Positions 1-9,989 of a stretch of DNA of 64,000 bases are shown one piece after another. Numbering within the stretch: the first letter of the stretch is position 1; every line of letters starts with the position of its first letter. This stretch comes from an uncultured Clostridia bacterium (GTDB lineage Bacteria > Bacillota > Clostridia > TANB77 > CAG-508), in NCBI GenBank assembly GCA_944388755.1, contig CALXJY010000003.1, forward strand, positions 1,012 through 65,011, given 5' to 3'. The translations under genes were made by a program, and so were the position numbers. The notes under the pieces are model-generated. The model worked only from the letters and a program-made list of their open reading frames with translations, did not search any database and was not told the DNA's origin.

Positions 1-982
1 TTTTTTCAGGTGTTTTTATCATTGTTTTTATTGTTTTTCCTTTATACTCATATACGGTTATTTCTGTTTCTCCACTACCTATATTATTGTCTTTTATGTT
101 TTCTATTTTTTGATTTATTGCTGAAATAGCAAGTTCTCTTAATGTTTTTTCGTTTTCAAAAATATAATATTTTTCTAACATATTTTGTATATTGTCTATT
201 TTTCCTAATATTATTTCATCTTTTATTATTCTTTCTAATATGGTTATTATCAAGTTATTAAATTCTTCTTCAGGTAATTTTAGTGAATATGCTGTTGCCT
301 TATATGTATTATCATTAACTACAACATTTTCTCCTGATTTTTTTTCATAATTTGATGTTTGTGTATTTTGCTGTAAAATAGTTAGATATGTGCTTGATAA
401 TACACTTATTTCACTATCAGTAAAACTGATAAAATTAGATAAGTTTAATGGTTCAAAAATATAAGTTAGTAATTCTAAGTCTTTTTTCTCTATTCCTGTT
501 TTTACTTCTAAATCTTCTAAATTTGTGTTTGTTGCTGAAACATATTGTTTTATTCCGTCTAGTCTTACTGCATATTGATTGCCATTTTTTATATACTCAG
601 TTTTTGCTACATCTGAATTTTCATATACGAGTCTTACATTTTCATATCTATATGATTGTAATTTATCAATTTGTCCCGTGATATCTAATTCTGCTTTATT
701 CAATGTACTTTCTGAGTCATTATTATTATCTGTATAGCTAATAGTTCCCTTTAAATTTGTGGTTAGTTTTTGATTTTGAATTGCATTAGTAATTTCTGTT
801 GGATCTTTTTTTGCCATGTCATCTATTATGTTTATGTTCTGTGATAAATATTTTACAAATAATGAATAATTAGATTTAAACATGTCTGTTGTAAGATATA
901 ATGCAATTAATATTCCTATTATTATTAATACAGTTAATACTACTGAAATTATAATTATTAATTTTTTCTTTTTTCTAGCAAT
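1..982 (-). CDS. hypothetical membrane-anchored protein (3' end lies beyond the left window edge)
   Basis: Not in the ORF track because it runs off the edge. My own minus-strand translation is open from TTG 982..980 down to position 1: LLEKRKNLIIIISVVLTVLIIIGILIALYLTTDMFK... GGAGGT lies at 996..991 with an 8-nt spacer. The N-terminus is basic and followed by one TM helix. The ATG at 986..984 is out of frame. Confidence 0.5.
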   Translation of the reverse strand, partial: MARKKKKLIIIISVVLTVLIIIGILIALYLTTDMFKSNYSLFVKYLSQNINIIDDMAKKDPTEITNAIQNQKLTTNLKGTISYTDNNNDSESTLNKAELDITGQIDKLQSYRYENVRLVYENSDVAKTEYIKNGNQYAVRLDGIKQYVSATNTNLEDLEVKTGIEKKDLELLTYIFEPLNLSNFISFTDSEISVLSSTYLTILQQNTQTSNYEKKSGENVVVNDNTYKATAYSLKLPEEEFNNLIITILERIIKDEIILGKIDNIQNMLEKYYIFENEKTLRELAISAINQKIENIKDNNIGSGETEITVYEYKGKTIKTMIKTPEK

Positions 983-1035
983 CATTTTGACCTCCATATT
1001 TAAACTTTTGTATACATTATTATTATATCTTTTTT

Positions 1036-1815
1036 TTATTTATTATTCAATATATTTTTTAAGTTTTTTTGTCTAACTGCTTCATATATAATTATTCCTG
1101 CAGATACTGATGCATTTAGAGATGTTACTTTTCCTTTCATTGGAATTTTTACTAAAAAGTCACAATTATTTTTTACTTTTTGGCTTATTCCTTGCCCTTC
1201 ATTTCCAATTACAATTCCAAGAGGTCCTGTTAAATCTTGATTATAATAATATTTGTCTGTGTTTATATCTGTTCCACATATCCATAATCCTTGTTCTTTC
1301 AATTTATTTATTGATTCTGTTATATTTGTTACTCTTGCTATTTTCATATGTTCCACTGCTCCTGCAGATACTTTATTTACTGTGCTATTAACAGATACTG
1401 CTCTCCTTTTAGGTATTATTATTCCATGTACTCCTGCTGTTTCTGCTGTTCTTATTATTGAACCTAAGTTGTGTGGATCTTCTATTCCATCTAATATTAA
1501 TATTAGTGGATCTTCATTTTTATTTTTTGCTTCCTCTAATATATCTTCTATTTCACAATATTCAAAAGGTGGTACTATAGCAATAACACCTTGACAATTC
1601 TCTGTTTGCGCTATTTCGTGCATTTGATGTCTGTCTTTTTCTACTATTATTATTTTTCTTTCTTTAGCTTTTGCTATTATTTTATTTATAGATCCATGTT
1701 TTTCTCCTCTTGTTATATATATTTTATTTATGTCTTTCCCACTTTCTAATAATTCTAATACTGAATTTCTTCCTTCAACTTGATCTTGATTGTTATCATT
1801 TTTCATCATACTCAT
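1036..1815 (-). CDS. rlmB: TrmH/SpoU-family RNA 2'-O-methyltransferase (RlmB-like)
   Basis: SPOUT motifs LILDGIEDPHNLGSIIRTAETAGV, IVIGNEGQGIS and IPMKGKVTSLNASVSAGIIIYE. N-terminal SpoU substrate-binding-like region. Confidence 0.8.
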   Translation of the reverse strand: MSMMKNDNNQDQVEGRNSVLELLESGKDINKIYITRGEKHGSINKIIAKAKERKIIIVEKDRHQMHEIAQTENCQGVIAIVPPFEYCEIEDILEEAKNKNEDPLILILDGIEDPHNLGSIIRTAETAGVHGIIIPKRRAVSVNSTVNKVSAGAVEHMKIARVTNITESINKLKEQGLWICGTDINTDKYYYNQDLTGPLGIVIGNEGQGISQKVKNNCDFLVKIPMKGKVTSLNASVSAGIIIYEAVRQKNLKNILNNK

Positions 1816-1878
1816 TCCTTTTATACCATTTTATAAATTCTTCTATTCTTTTTTGTTTTTTGATATTTTCCTCTATTA

Positions 1879-3693
1879 TTATTCTTCATCTAGTTTAAGA
1901 ACAGATAAAAATGCTTCTTGTGGCACTTCTACGCTTCCTATTTCACGCATTTTTTTCTTTCCTCTTTTTTGTTTTTCTAGTAATTTTTTCTTTCTTGTTA
2001 TATCTCCACCATAGCATTTTGCAAGTACATCTTTTCTCATTGCAGATATTGTTTCTCTTGCTATTATTTTTCCTCCTATGGCTGCTTGTATTGGTATTTT
2101 AAATAATTTTCTAGGGATTTCTTCTTTTAATTTTTCTACCATTTTTTTACCTCTTTCATAAGCCCTATCTTTGTGTAAGATAAAACTTAGTGCATCTACT
2201 TGTTCATTATTTATATATATGTCCAATTTTACTAGATCTGATTTCTTATATTCTTTAAATTCGTAATCAAATGATGCGTATCCTTTTGTTTTAGATTTTA
2301 AATTATCAAAGAAATCATATATTATCTCATTTAGTGGCATTTCATATATTAGTGTTACTCTGTTTTCGTCTAAATATTGCATATCTATGTATATTCCTCT
2401 ACGTTTTTGACAAATATCCATAACATTTCCAACATATTCTTTAGGCATATATATATTTGCTGTTACAAATGGTTCTTCTATATATGATATTTCTTGAGGT
2501 GATGGTAGTTCTGTTGGATTATATATATCCATTATTTCTCCTGTTGTTTTATGGATCTTATATATTACTGATGGTGCTGTTGTAATTAAACCTAAGTCAA
2601 ATTCTCTGTCTAGCCTTTCTTCTATTATTTCAAGATGCAGTAATCCTAAAAAGCCACATCTAAAGCCAAATCCTAGTGCTGACGAAGTTTCAGGTTCATA
2701 TACAAGTGAAGCATCATTTAATTGTAATTTTTCTAAAGCAATTTTTAGATTTTCGTATTCACTTCCATCTACAGGATATAGTCCACAATAAACCATTGGT
2801 GTTACTTTTTTGTATCCTTCTAATGGTTTTTCTGTTGGGTTGTTAGCAAGTGTTACTGTATCTCCAACATGAATGTCTGATAAATTTTTTACACTTGCAC
2901 AAATATATCCTACTTCTCCTGCTTTTATAATATCATTTGGCATATATGATCCTGGCACAAAATATCCTACTTCTGTTACAGTATATGTCTTTTTTGTAGC
3001 CATTAATATTATCTCATCACCTACTTTTACTTTTCCATCAAAAACTCTTACATATGCTACTGCTCCTTTATAGTTATCATAATATGAATCAAATATTAAA
3101 CATTTTGTTTTTGCATTTTCATCTCCTTTTGGAGCTGGTAAGTCTGTTACAATACGTTCTAAAACTTCTTCAACATTTAGTCCTGATTTTGCTGATATAC
3201 ATGGTGCATCTTCTGCTGGTATTCCAATTATATCTTCTATTTCTTTTTTTACTTCTTCTGGTCTTGCATTTGGTAAATCTATTTTATTTATTACTGGTAA
3301 TATTTCTAAGTTATTGTCTATTGCCAAATATACATTTGCAAGAGTTTGTGCTTCGACTCCTTGACTACTGTCTACAACAAGTATTGCACCATCACATGCT
3401 GCTAAACTTCTTGATACCTCATAATTAAAGTCAACATGTCCTGGTGTATCTATTAAATTTAATATATAGTCTTGTCCATCTTTTGCTTTATATGTCATTC
3501 TTACAGCTTGTGATTTTATTGTTATTCCTCTTTCTTTTTCTATTTCCATATTATCTAATATTTGACTTTCCATTTCTCTTTTAGATAATACACCTGTTAA
3601 TTCTATAAGCCTATCTGCAAGTGTTGATTTTCCGTGATCTATATGTGCTATTATACTAAAATTTCTTATGTTTTTTTGCATTTTTATTATCAT
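1879..3693 (-). CDS. lepA: translation elongation factor 4 (LepA)
   Basis: GTPase motifs [14 protein letters not shown] and NKID. Full-length EF4 architecture at 604 aa. The start may be the downstream ATG at 3681 (MQKNIRNF), because GGAGA directly abuts the first ATG. Confidence 0.95.
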   Translation of the reverse strand: MIIKMQKNIRNFSIIAHIDHGKSTLADRLIELTGVLSKREMESQILDNMEIEKERGITIKSQAVRMTYKAKDGQDYILNLIDTPGHVDFNYEVSRSLAACDGAILVVDSSQGVEAQTLANVYLAIDNNLEILPVINKIDLPNARPEEVKKEIEDIIGIPAEDAPCISAKSGLNVEEVLERIVTDLPAPKGDENAKTKCLIFDSYYDNYKGAVAYVRVFDGKVKVGDEIILMATKKTYTVTEVGYFVPGSYMPNDIIKAGEVGYICASVKNLSDIHVGDTVTLANNPTEKPLEGYKKVTPMVYCGLYPVDGSEYENLKIALEKLQLNDASLVYEPETSSALGFGFRCGFLGLLHLEIIEERLDREFDLGLITTAPSVIYKIHKTTGEIMDIYNPTELPSPQEISYIEEPFVTANIYMPKEYVGNVMDICQKRRGIYIDMQYLDENRVTLIYEMPLNEIIYDFFDNLKSKTKGYASFDYEFKEYKKSDLVKLDIYINNEQVDALSFILHKDRAYERGKKMVEKLKEEIPRKLFKIPIQAAIGGKIIARETISAMRKDVLAKCYGGDITRKKKLLEKQKRGKKKMREIGSVEVPQEAFLSVLKLDEE

Positions 3694-3770
3694 TCTCCAT
3701 TTTTAATATATTTAGGTCTTTAAAAGGATACCCATAAACCTTTATATTTAATTGTAATGTATATGTTTTG

Positions 3771-4103
3771 TTATTCTTCAAATTGACCTTTATATAAATT
3801 ATACACATTTTTGTATCCTAATTCTTGTAATATTTTTTCTGCTTTTTTGCTTCTGCTTCCAGTATCACAATATACAACTATTTTTTTATTTTTATCATTT
3901 ACTATATTTGTAATTTCTTTTTTTATTTCATATTTTGGAATACAAATTGCATTATTTAGATGTCCTTCTTTAAATTCTTGCTTGCTTCTTACATCTATTA
4001 ATATACATCCTTGTTTTATTAGGTTCTCTAATTGCTTTTTATTTATGTCATTTGGTTCTATGCATCTTTTAAATTGACATTTTATTTTTTTTATTAAATT
4101 CAT
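3771..4103 (-). CDS. rhodanese-like domain protein
   Basis: Single rhodanese domain with active-site loop CDTGSRS. Confidence 0.8.
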   Translation of the reverse strand: MNLIKKIKCQFKRCIEPNDINKKQLENLIKQGCILIDVRSKQEFKEGHLNNAICIPKYEIKKEITNIVNDKNKKIVVYCDTGSRSKKAEKILQELGYKNVYNLYKGQFEE

Positions 4104-4255
4104 ATTTTTTATTCATTCCTCTCATTGTTTTTACTATAATATAATTTATTATTTATATTATAAAAATGTGATACATATTAGCAATGAGAATTGTTCAAAA
4201 TATTTTTCTATTAGAACAAGTATGTACAAACTTTATAACAAAAATCCTAGATTTC

Positions 4256-4555
4256 CTATGTAATAAAAAAGTAAATTATTCCTATAATCTCAAGTATTGT
4301 TATAGCTGGTAAGCCAATTACAAATTGAAATTTTTGCGTTTTGTGTCTAAATGTATACATTCCTGAAATTGTTCCTATTCCCCCTCCTAATGCTGTTATA
4401 ATAAAAATGGTTTTTTCGGATATTCTCCATTTTCCTTTTTCTGCTTTTCTTTTATCTATATACATTATCAAAAATCCGATTATGTTAATTATTATTAAAT
4501 ATATTATAAAGTTTTGTACATTAAATATTCTTGATATGTCTATACTTTGATTCAT
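4256..4555 (-). CDS. DUF1294-family small membrane protein
   Basis: KRKAEKGKWRISEKTIFIITALGGGIGTISGMYTFRHKTQK pattern typical of DUF1294. Hydrophobic N- and C-terminal segments. Confidence 0.65.
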   Translation of the reverse strand: MNQSIDISRIFNVQNFIIYLIIINIIGFLIMYIDKRKAEKGKWRISEKTIFIITALGGGIGTISGMYTFRHKTQKFQFVIGLPAITILEIIGIIYFFIT

Positions 4556-4704
4556 TTTTTGTTTTCATCCTTTCTAGTAGTCTATTAATGTTATTTATTA
4601 TAACATATTTTTTATTTATCGTCTATACTAATATTTTATAGGTCATGCACTTTTTATTTTTTTACACATATATTGTGTTATAAAGATTTTTTTGGGGGTG
4701 CATT

Positions 4705-5406
4705 ATGATTCCTATTTTATCTCTTGCTGGTTTTTGGTGTTTTTTTAAATCTACGGTTTTTGTTGTTGGATATATACAGAGTAGCAATTTATTTCCGGAA
4801 CCTCTTTCTCGTGAAGAGGAAAAACAATGTTTAGAACAGATGGCAAATGGTAATGAAGAGGCAAGAAATATATTAATTGAGAGAAATTTAAGACTTGTGG
4901 CACATGTCGCAAAAAAATATTCTACTTCTAATGTTGATCAAGATGATTTAATTTCTATTGGGACAATTGGTTTAATTAAGGGAATAAATAGTTATAAATT
5001 GGATAAGGGCAGTAAACTTAGTACATATGTTTCTAGATGTATTGATAATGAAATTTTAATGCATCTGCGTTCTACTAAAAAGCTTGGTGCAGAAGTTTAT
5101 TTAAATGAACCTATTGGGAAAGATAAAGATGACAATGTTGTTACTCTTCAAGAGGTATTAGAAAATGATGAAAAAAATATTGAAGATGAGGTTGATTTAA
5201 AGATAAAAATCAAATTATTGTATAAGAAAATTAAATCTGTTTTAAAAGATAGAGAAAAAACTATTATAGAATTGCGATTTGGGCTGAATGGTCATAAACC
5301 TAAAACTCAGCATGAAATTGCAGAAATGTTAGGTATTTCTCGTAGCTATGTTTCTAGGATAGAAACTAAAGCTATTAGTAAATTATCTAAGGAATTTAAG
5401 GATTAA
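4705..5406 (+). CDS. sigK: sporulation sigma factor SigK (pro-sigma-K, uninterrupted)
   Basis: Hydrophobic pro-sequence, then YIQSSNLFPEPLSREEEKQCLEQMANGNEEARNILIERNLRLVAHVAKKY, closely matching the B. subtilis SigK N-terminus. Region 4 reads ISRSYVSRIE. RBS GGGGGTG lies upstream of the ATG at 4705. Confidence 0.85.
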   Translation: MIPILSLAGFWCFFKSTVFVVGYIQSSNLFPEPLSREEEKQCLEQMANGNEEARNILIERNLRLVAHVAKKYSTSNVDQDDLISIGTIGLIKGINSYKLDKGSKLSTYVSRCIDNEILMHLRSTKKLGAEVYLNEPIGKDKDDNVVTLQEVLENDEKNIEDEVDLKIKIKLLYKKIKSVLKDREKTIIELRFGLNGHKPKTQHEIAEMLGISRSYVSRIETKAISKLSKEFKD

Positions 5407-5456
5407 TATTTTTTGTAATTTAAAAATATTGTATTTTGCTATTTATATCTATTTCA

Positions 5457-5491
5457 AATATAACTATTATATTTTTTATAATAGTTATATT
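5457..5491. terminator. AT-rich hairpin between convergent sigK and U32 genes
   Basis: Perfect 15-bp inverted repeat aatataactattata / tataatagttatatt around a ttttt loop. Confidence 0.45.
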
Positions 5492-5516
5492 TGTTTAAGA
5501 ATATTATATTTGTATA

Positions 5517-6746
5517 TTATTTTTTTCTTCTTAAAATCCAACCATTTTCGCATTTAATTGGTATATTTATTAATACTTGTTGTCCTTTAATTCCTGGGCT
5601 TATACTATTTATTTCTTCTTTTGTATTAATATCCCATAGTTTTTCGATTTTAAATACTAATGGTTCTAGTTTATATGGTATTAATAATTCCAATTCATCT
5701 CCGACTTTTAGTTTATTTTTTATTTCGATTACAGTTTTGTCACTATTATATTTTATAATTTTTCCTCCATATTCATATTGCTCATTGTATTGTCTTCCTC
5801 CATATTCTTGTATATCTTTATTATTTTTGTCATTAAAATAAAATGTAGTTAATCCTCTTGTTCTTACTTTTTCTAATTCTTTTAAATATTTTGATCCATC
5901 ATAATTTTTTGGGTCTTTTATATAATCATCTATTGCTGATCTATATGTATTTATTACACTAGCTATATAATATTCTGTTTTTAATCTTCCTTCTATTTTT
6001 AAACTATCTATTCCCATTTCTATTATTTCTGGTATTTCATTAATTAGGCATAAATCTTTTGAAGAGAATATACTTGTGCCATATTCGTTTGTTTCTATAG
6101 GCATAAATTCTCCCAAATTATTTTTTTCTTCTGCATATAAGTTATATGACCATCTGCAACTTTGGCTACATTCTCCTAAGTTTGCACTTCTTCCTGATAA
6201 AAAGTCACTTAAAAAACATCTTCCTGAATATGAAAAACAGATTGCTCCATGTACAAATATTTCTATTTCCATATCATTTGGCTTATTTTCCATTATGTAT
6301 TTTATTTGTTTTTTATTTAGTTCTCTTCCTAATATCATTCTTTTAGCTCCATTTTTATACCAAAAATTTGCGGTATGCATACTTACAATGTTTGCTTGTG
6401 TACTTACATGTATTGGTATACTTGGTGCGTATTGTTTTATTACTTCTAATACTCCTCCGTCTGCTACTATAATTCCGTCAGGTTTAATTTTTTCTAATAT
6501 TTTTGCCATTTCTATTATTTCTTGGTATTTATCATCAAATGCAAAAATATTTAGTGTTACATATACCTTTTTTCCTATTTCATGGGCATATTTTATTGTA
6601 TTTATTAAATCTTCGTTTTCCATATCTGCTCTTGTTCTTAGTGATAATGATGATGTTCCACAATATATTGCATCTGCTCCATATAAGAATGCTATTTTTG
6701 CTTTCTGATATGATCCTGCTGGTGCAAGTAGTTCTGGTTTTTGCAT
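5517..6746 (-). CDS. peptidase U32 family protein (YrrO/TrhP-like)
   Basis: U32 signature EIFVHGAICFSYSGRCFLS and N-terminus MQKPELLAPAGS. Start placed at ATG 6746, with AGAGGA 8 nt upstream. The ORF track extends to 6785. Confidence 0.85.
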   Translation of the reverse strand: MQKPELLAPAGSYQKAKIAFLYGADAIYCGTSSLSLRTRADMENEDLINTIKYAHEIGKKVYVTLNIFAFDDKYQEIIEMAKILEKIKPDGIIVADGGVLEVIKQYAPSIPIHVSTQANIVSMHTANFWYKNGAKRMILGRELNKKQIKYIMENKPNDMEIEIFVHGAICFSYSGRCFLSDFLSGRSANLGECSQSCRWSYNLYAEEKNNLGEFMPIETNEYGTSIFSSKDLCLINEIPEIIEMGIDSLKIEGRLKTEYYIASVINTYRSAIDDYIKDPKNYDGSKYLKELEKVRTRGLTTFYFNDKNNKDIQEYGGRQYNEQYEYGGKIIKYNSDKTVIEIKNKLKVGDELELLIPYKLEPLVFKIEKLWDINTKEEINSISPGIKGQQVLINIPIKCENGWILRRKK

Positions 6747-6925
6747 TTTTATTTCCTCTTTTCTTTTTAAATTATTATGTTCCAATTCACAGTTTAAAAA
6801 TTATTTCAATTTCTATATGAAATGAAATTTGTAATATTATTATATATAGGTTTTAGATAAATGTCAAATTTGCCATGTTTTCTTATTTGTGTTATACTAT
6901 AGTTAGTTGATTGGAGGTTTTTTAT

Positions 6926-8617
6926 ATGAATGCTGAGAAAAATGATTTTTTAAATGATATTAAATTTGATCCAAATGAAGTTATTAAAATGCAACAAGAT
7001 TTTCTTGAAAATGTAGGCAAATCTTATTTAGATATATATAAGGATAAGAATGCTTTTGATGCTACTGAATATATGTGTTATCTTGCTGCTGCTATCCATA
7101 TGGCTTATAGGAGATGTTATCCTGAACTTTCTGTTTCTATACCTTTTCGTACCAAAAGTGATAATAGCTATTCTCATAATATTCCAAAAGAATTTAAAAA
7201 AGGTATATATGGATTAGCAGGTAATAAAAATGCAGAAAGTTTAGAATATTTGCAAGAAAATTATGATAAAACTCCTACTACAAAGGATATTCAAGCTTTA
7301 ACTGTTGTTCTTGATCATTTTAGGAAAGATATTTCTTTATTGATTGATAATCGTAATGATAAAGTACTTTCAAATGGTTATGTTGTTCATGATTATATGT
7401 CATCTGAGGAAGTCCAAAAACTGTTGGCTAAAAAGGAAAAGTATAGAAAGTTTATAATAGATTCTAAAAATAATGATGGAGATATTGAATTGTTTTCTGA
7501 AAAGCAATACTTGGAAAAGAAACTTGAATTATTGGAGGCAATAATTGATATGTCTTTCCCTGAATTTACAGAAGAAAGGATTCCATCATTTCAAGATGAG
7601 TTGGCAACTACTAAAATTAAGCTTGAAGAAGGTAATTTGGCTTCTTCGATAAATAGTGTTCAGGAAGAAGATTTAAAGTCCTTATTTTCTGATTTAGCTA
7701 GCCGATTAGATAATTTGCTAGAATATGCTATTCTAGACGAGACTTTACCTACTGTTTTAAGTCATCCATTTTTAAAAGATAGTTTGGGTGTCACTTTTGA
7801 ATTTAGCAAATATCGTAAAAAACCTAATGGTTTTGCTGCATATTATTATATTTTGCACACACCATATGATAAGATCGAACTTTTAGCTGAATCTGATTGG
7901 GGTTATTATAATAGTAAACGTGGTTCTGCTTTCCATAGTGGTGAACCTGGAAAAAGCTTTGATCCTACAAGTTTTTTTGAATATGTTAATCCTGAAAACG
8001 AAACTATGCCATTAGATAAATTTTTAGAAGCTGTTGATAAACCTGAAAGAGTCCTTGAAACTCCTAAGCTTGCTAATATATATAAAGAAAAATTGTCTCA
8101 TATTAAAATTAAAGACAAAATTAATGTTATGGATGCTCCAGTTGGTTTAATTAGACAGTTTTATCCAGATTATGACCCTGAGATTTATGATAAAGATCCT
8201 GATGTTATGATAAAAGAATTAATTACTGAAGGTAAGATTTCTGAAGAATATGCCAATACATATGTAGACACAAACGAATATTTATATAATACTGCACTTT
8301 CTTATTCTCCTGCATTATTTAGAGCTGTATCTGGTTCAGGATTTTCTTTAAATGCAGCTATTCAACATCAAGATATTGTTGATGAGTTTACTGAGGTTTT
8401 ACGTAAAAAAGATTCTATGACTTTACTTGGCAATTTATTATTAGAGCGTTTATCTACTATACTAGAAACAACGAAAAAAGATGATGAACATAATGTAAGA
8501 AAAAACGAGTTTTTATCTAAATTGCCTAAACAAATAACTTATACACAATTAATAGAATATGGTGAAAGATTAAAAGATAAAAAATTAGAAAGTACTGAAA
8601 GCGAATTGGAATATTAA
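6926..8617 (+). CDS. hypothetical 563-aa protein, possible divergent RelA/SpoT-like nucleotidyltransferase fold
   Basis: ATG 6926 preceded by GGAGG (6913..6917). No confident family assignment. Motifs FRTKSDNSYSHNIPKEFKK, DIQALTVVL and KPNGFAAYYYILH..IELLAES..WGYYNSKRGSAFH loosely resemble RelA/SpoT synthetase-fold motifs. Confidence 0.6.
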   Translation: MNAEKNDFLNDIKFDPNEVIKMQQDFLENVGKSYLDIYKDKNAFDATEYMCYLAAAIHMAYRRCYPELSVSIPFRTKSDNSYSHNIPKEFKKGIYGLAGNKNAESLEYLQENYDKTPTTKDIQALTVVLDHFRKDISLLIDNRNDKVLSNGYVVHDYMSSEEVQKLLAKKEKYRKFIIDSKNNDGDIELFSEKQYLEKKLELLEAIIDMSFPEFTEERIPSFQDELATTKIKLEEGNLASSINSVQEEDLKSLFSDLASRLDNLLEYAILDETLPTVLSHPFLKDSLGVTFEFSKYRKKPNGFAAYYYILHTPYDKIELLAESDWGYYNSKRGSAFHSGEPGKSFDPTSFFEYVNPENETMPLDKFLEAVDKPERVLETPKLANIYKEKLSHIKIKDKINVMDAPVGLIRQFYPDYDPEIYDKDPDVMIKELITEGKISEEYANTYVDTNEYLYNTALSYSPALFRAVSGSGFSLNAAIQHQDIVDEFTEVLRKKDSMTLLGNLLLERLSTILETTKKDDEHNVRKNEFLSKLPKQITYTQLIEYGERLKDKKLESTESELEY

Positions 8618-8627
8618 ATTTATTTTA

Positions 8628-8653
8628 CCCCCTGACTTGTTCAAGTCAGGGGG
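8628..8653. terminator. GC-rich hairpin shared by convergent genes
   Basis: ccccctgactt-gttc-aagtcaggggg, an 11-bp perfect stem. It lies 10 nt after the stop of 6926..8617 and 8 nt after the stop of 8662..9255. Confidence 0.65.
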
Positions 8654-8661
8654 CTTTGGTG

Positions 8662-9255
8662 CTAACTCCTTAAGATTATGGACTGGACTTCTTCCCAGTC
8701 CCATTCGGGGATATCTGTCACATATGTTTCGATACCACCGTTATCATTCCTCACTGTGATCCTTATGTCATAGTCATATTTGCCAAACCACAGTAGGGTG
8801 TCTACTGCCTTTTCGTTGTACAGGTAGAAGTAACCTGCATCATCCGTCGAAAGCATGTAGTCTTTCCGTAGGCTACTTGGATTTAGCAATCCTTCTCCTA
8901 GCCTTTTTTTGACTAGTTTCATATTTTTACTAGGTATCCTAGTATAATATGTTTTGATGCTTCCGTCTTTGTCACAATATGTGACATTGACCTCCTCTAG
9001 GTCCACTGGGTGAGCCCAAAGGATTGCTTGGTATCCCTCATCTTGGAGTTGCCAAAGCCAGTTTTCAACTTCACGGTGATCCGTAAAATTGTATATACCG
9101 GCTACCTTGCCATTAGTTTCTGTTTCATTTTCAGAAACTGAAACTATTTCATGTTTTTTTGTCACATCTGTGATTGCTATTGCTATTATTATTCCTAGCA
9201 ATAACCCTGCTAAAATTAAAATTATTACGTGTTGCCGTTGTTCTAATTTTGTCAT
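8662..9255 (-). CDS. hypothetical membrane-anchored protein, compositionally foreign (GC-richer)
   Basis: RBS AAGGAGGA upstream and an N-terminal TM helix (HVIILILAGLLLGIIIAIAI). Codon usage (CGG x2, CCC, CTG, GCC, GGG) is unlike the neighbouring genes. Confidence 0.7.
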   Translation of the reverse strand: MTKLEQRQHVIILILAGLLLGIIIAIAITDVTKKHEIVSVSENETETNGKVAGIYNFTDHREVENWLWQLQDEGYQAILWAHPVDLEEVNVTYCDKDGSIKTYYTRIPSKNMKLVKKRLGEGLLNPSSLRKDYMLSTDDAGYFYLYNEKAVDTLLWFGKYDYDIRITVRNDNGGIETYVTDIPEWDWEEVQSIILRS

Positions 9256-9373
9256 AAAGTAGTCCTCCTTGAATAATAATTTTTAGCACCATCCCACAAT
9301 TCAATTATTTTGTAGGAATTATGTGCAAGTATCTATTAAAATTATACTATATTTACATAATTTTGTCAAAATG

Positions 9374-9961
9374 TTATTTTTTTATACTTACAGCTAAACC
9401 ATCACCAACTTCTAATATTTCTGTATTAAAATCTTTATTTTCTGTAATATTTTTTATATATTCTCTTAGATTTCTAACAGCAGTACGTTGCTTATGTTTA
9501 TTATAATCACTCATTACATATCCTTTATATAATATATTATCAGCAAAAATTATCCCCTTGTCATTTAACATTCTAATTGAATTCTCTAAAAAGAATGGAT
9601 ATTTTCCTTTTGCTGCATCAATAAAAATCATATCATATTTATTATCTAGATTTGGTAATATATCTATTGCATCACCTTCAAATAAGTTTATTTTATCTTT
9701 TACTCCAACTTTTTCAAAGTTTTCTTTAGCTTGTTTTATTCTATCTAATTCTCTTTCTATTGTATCTATTTTTCCATTTGGAGCTAAAAATTCTGAAAAA
9801 CATATTGCTGAATATCCAACAGCTGTACCAATTTCTAAAATTCTATTTGGTTTGTTTTTATTTATATATTTTTCTATTACTTCTAATGTTTCATCCATTA
9901 TTATTGGAATATGTTCTTGTATAGCTTTTTGTTTTATTTTTTCTAGTTCTTCTCTATTCAT
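9374..9961 (-). CDS. class I SAM-dependent O-methyltransferase (YrrM/TrmR-like, caffeoyl-CoA OMT family)
   Basis: SAM-binding motif ILEIGTAVGYS, plus DMIFIDAAKGKY. About 195 aa, as in YrrM-type enzymes. Confidence 0.8.
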   Translation of the reverse strand: MNREELEKIKQKAIQEHIPIIMDETLEVIEKYINKNKPNRILEIGTAVGYSAICFSEFLAPNGKIDTIERELDRIKQAKENFEKVGVKDKINLFEGDAIDILPNLDNKYDMIFIDAAKGKYPFFLENSIRMLNDKGIIFADNILYKGYVMSDYNKHKQRTAVRNLREYIKNITENKDFNTEILEVGDGLAVSIKK

Positions 9962-9989
9962 TTTTTATCTCATTTCCTTCACTGTAAAT

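Noticed and set aside
984-986. ATG at 986..984 as the start of the left-edge gene.
   Set aside because: Careful re-translation shows this ATG is out of frame with the long open frame and stops after about 35 codons. TTG 982 with better SD spacing fits. An indel in the A-run cannot be excluded.
1110-1594. Plus-strand ORFs antisense to real minus-strand genes. Examples: 1110..1391, 1253..1594, 6076..6708, 25763..26449, 32429..33037, 38173..38685, 45885..46325, 58857..59297 and many others in the track.
   Set aside because: They are low-complexity Phe/Leu/Ile/Ser-rich translations of the antisense strand of clearly homologous genes in an AT-rich genome. They have no RBS and no recognisable motifs.
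4190-4220. Possible seventh, partial copy of the repeat (ttctattagaacaag with ttgttc/gaacaa arms).
   Set aside because: Only about 10 nt resemble one arm of the palindrome. This is too short and degenerate to call.
4705-5406. Possible skin-like intervening element in sigK.
   Set aside because: sigK is a single uninterrupted 233-aa ORF covering the pro-sequence through region 4. No recombinase is nearby.
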